Assembly (NCBI GenBank): GCA_964016885.1
Contig: OZ024750.1
Coordinates: 34,038,001 to 34,102,000 of the forward strand
Source of the DNA: Eledone cirrhosa
Lineage: Eukaryota
Direction: 5' to 3'
DNA: 64,000 nucleotides
Below the pieces are notes generated by a model. It saw only the letters and a list, made by a program, of their open reading frames with translations, was not told where the DNA came from and did no database searches. Shown piece after piece: positions 63,501 to 64,000 of the stretch. Position numbers and translations under genes: made by a program. The first letter of the stretch is position 1; the number at the start of each line of letters is the position of its first letter.

Positions 63501-64000
63501 AATGTGGTTGGTATTAGGGAGGACATCCAGTCCAGTCTGTAATGTGGTTGGTATTAGGGAGGACATCCAGTCCAGTCTGTCATGTGGTTGGTATTAGGGA
63601 GGACATCCAGTCCAGTCTGTCATGTGGTTGGTATTAGGGAGGACATCCAGTCCAGTCTGTCATGTGGTTGGTATTAGGGAGGACATCCAGTCCAGTCTGT
63701 CATGTGGTTGGTATTAGGGAGGACATCCAGTCCAGTCTGTCATGTGGTTGTTATTAGGGAGGACATACAGTCCAGTCTGTAATGTGGTTGGTATTAGGGA
63801 GGACATCCAGTCCAGCCTGTCATGTGGTTGGTATTAGGGAGGACATCCAGTCCAGTCTGTCATGTGGTTGGTATTAGGGAGGACATCCAGTCCAGTCTGT
63901 AATGTAATTGGTATTAGGAAGGACATCCAGTCCAGCCTGTCATGTGGTTGGTATTAGGAAGGACATCCAGTCCAGCCTGTCATGTGGTTGGTATTAGGGA
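51575..64000. repeat. 40-bp satellite derived from the RTE 3'UTR, ~310 copies, running off the window end
   Basis: tgtggttggtattagg(g/a)aggacatccagtccagtctgt(c/a)a; compare LINE 15734-15780 ccagtccacactgtaaatatggttggtgttaggaaggacatccag. Confidence 0.97.

Noticed and set aside
29480-64000. CRISPR-like regular repeats
   Set aside because: No unique spacers, no cas genes, eukaryotic context.

Overview
Gene-poor, repeat-saturated animal genomic DNA. The SINE and microsatellite signature suggests an octopod cephalopod (inferred, not proven). No host protein-coding exon can be supported; nearly all listed ORFs are retroelement remnants or translated simple repeats. Contents: (i) 5'-truncated RTE-clade LINE copies with a PHD-like Cys/His finger after the RT core and (GAT)n tails, other RTE fragments, and a Penelope-like (PLE) RT fragment; (ii) tRNA-derived SINEs, piggyBac-like (TTAA) MITEs and a Tc1/mariner-pogo-like (TA) MITE; (iii) about a dozen mini/satellite arrays, of which the 48-bp and the 12-kb 40-bp arrays derive from the RTE 3'UTR; (iv) a cluster of type I hammerhead ribozyme motifs in short inserts beside (TA)n tracts. 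The best candidate is a 2.2-copy tandem of a highly structured 310-bp non-coding unit (5311-5993) with one well-formed minus-strand hammerhead per unit, the architecture of a non-LTR retrozyme that could release a ~310-nt circular RNA. All base pairings were read by eye; no folding or database search was run.
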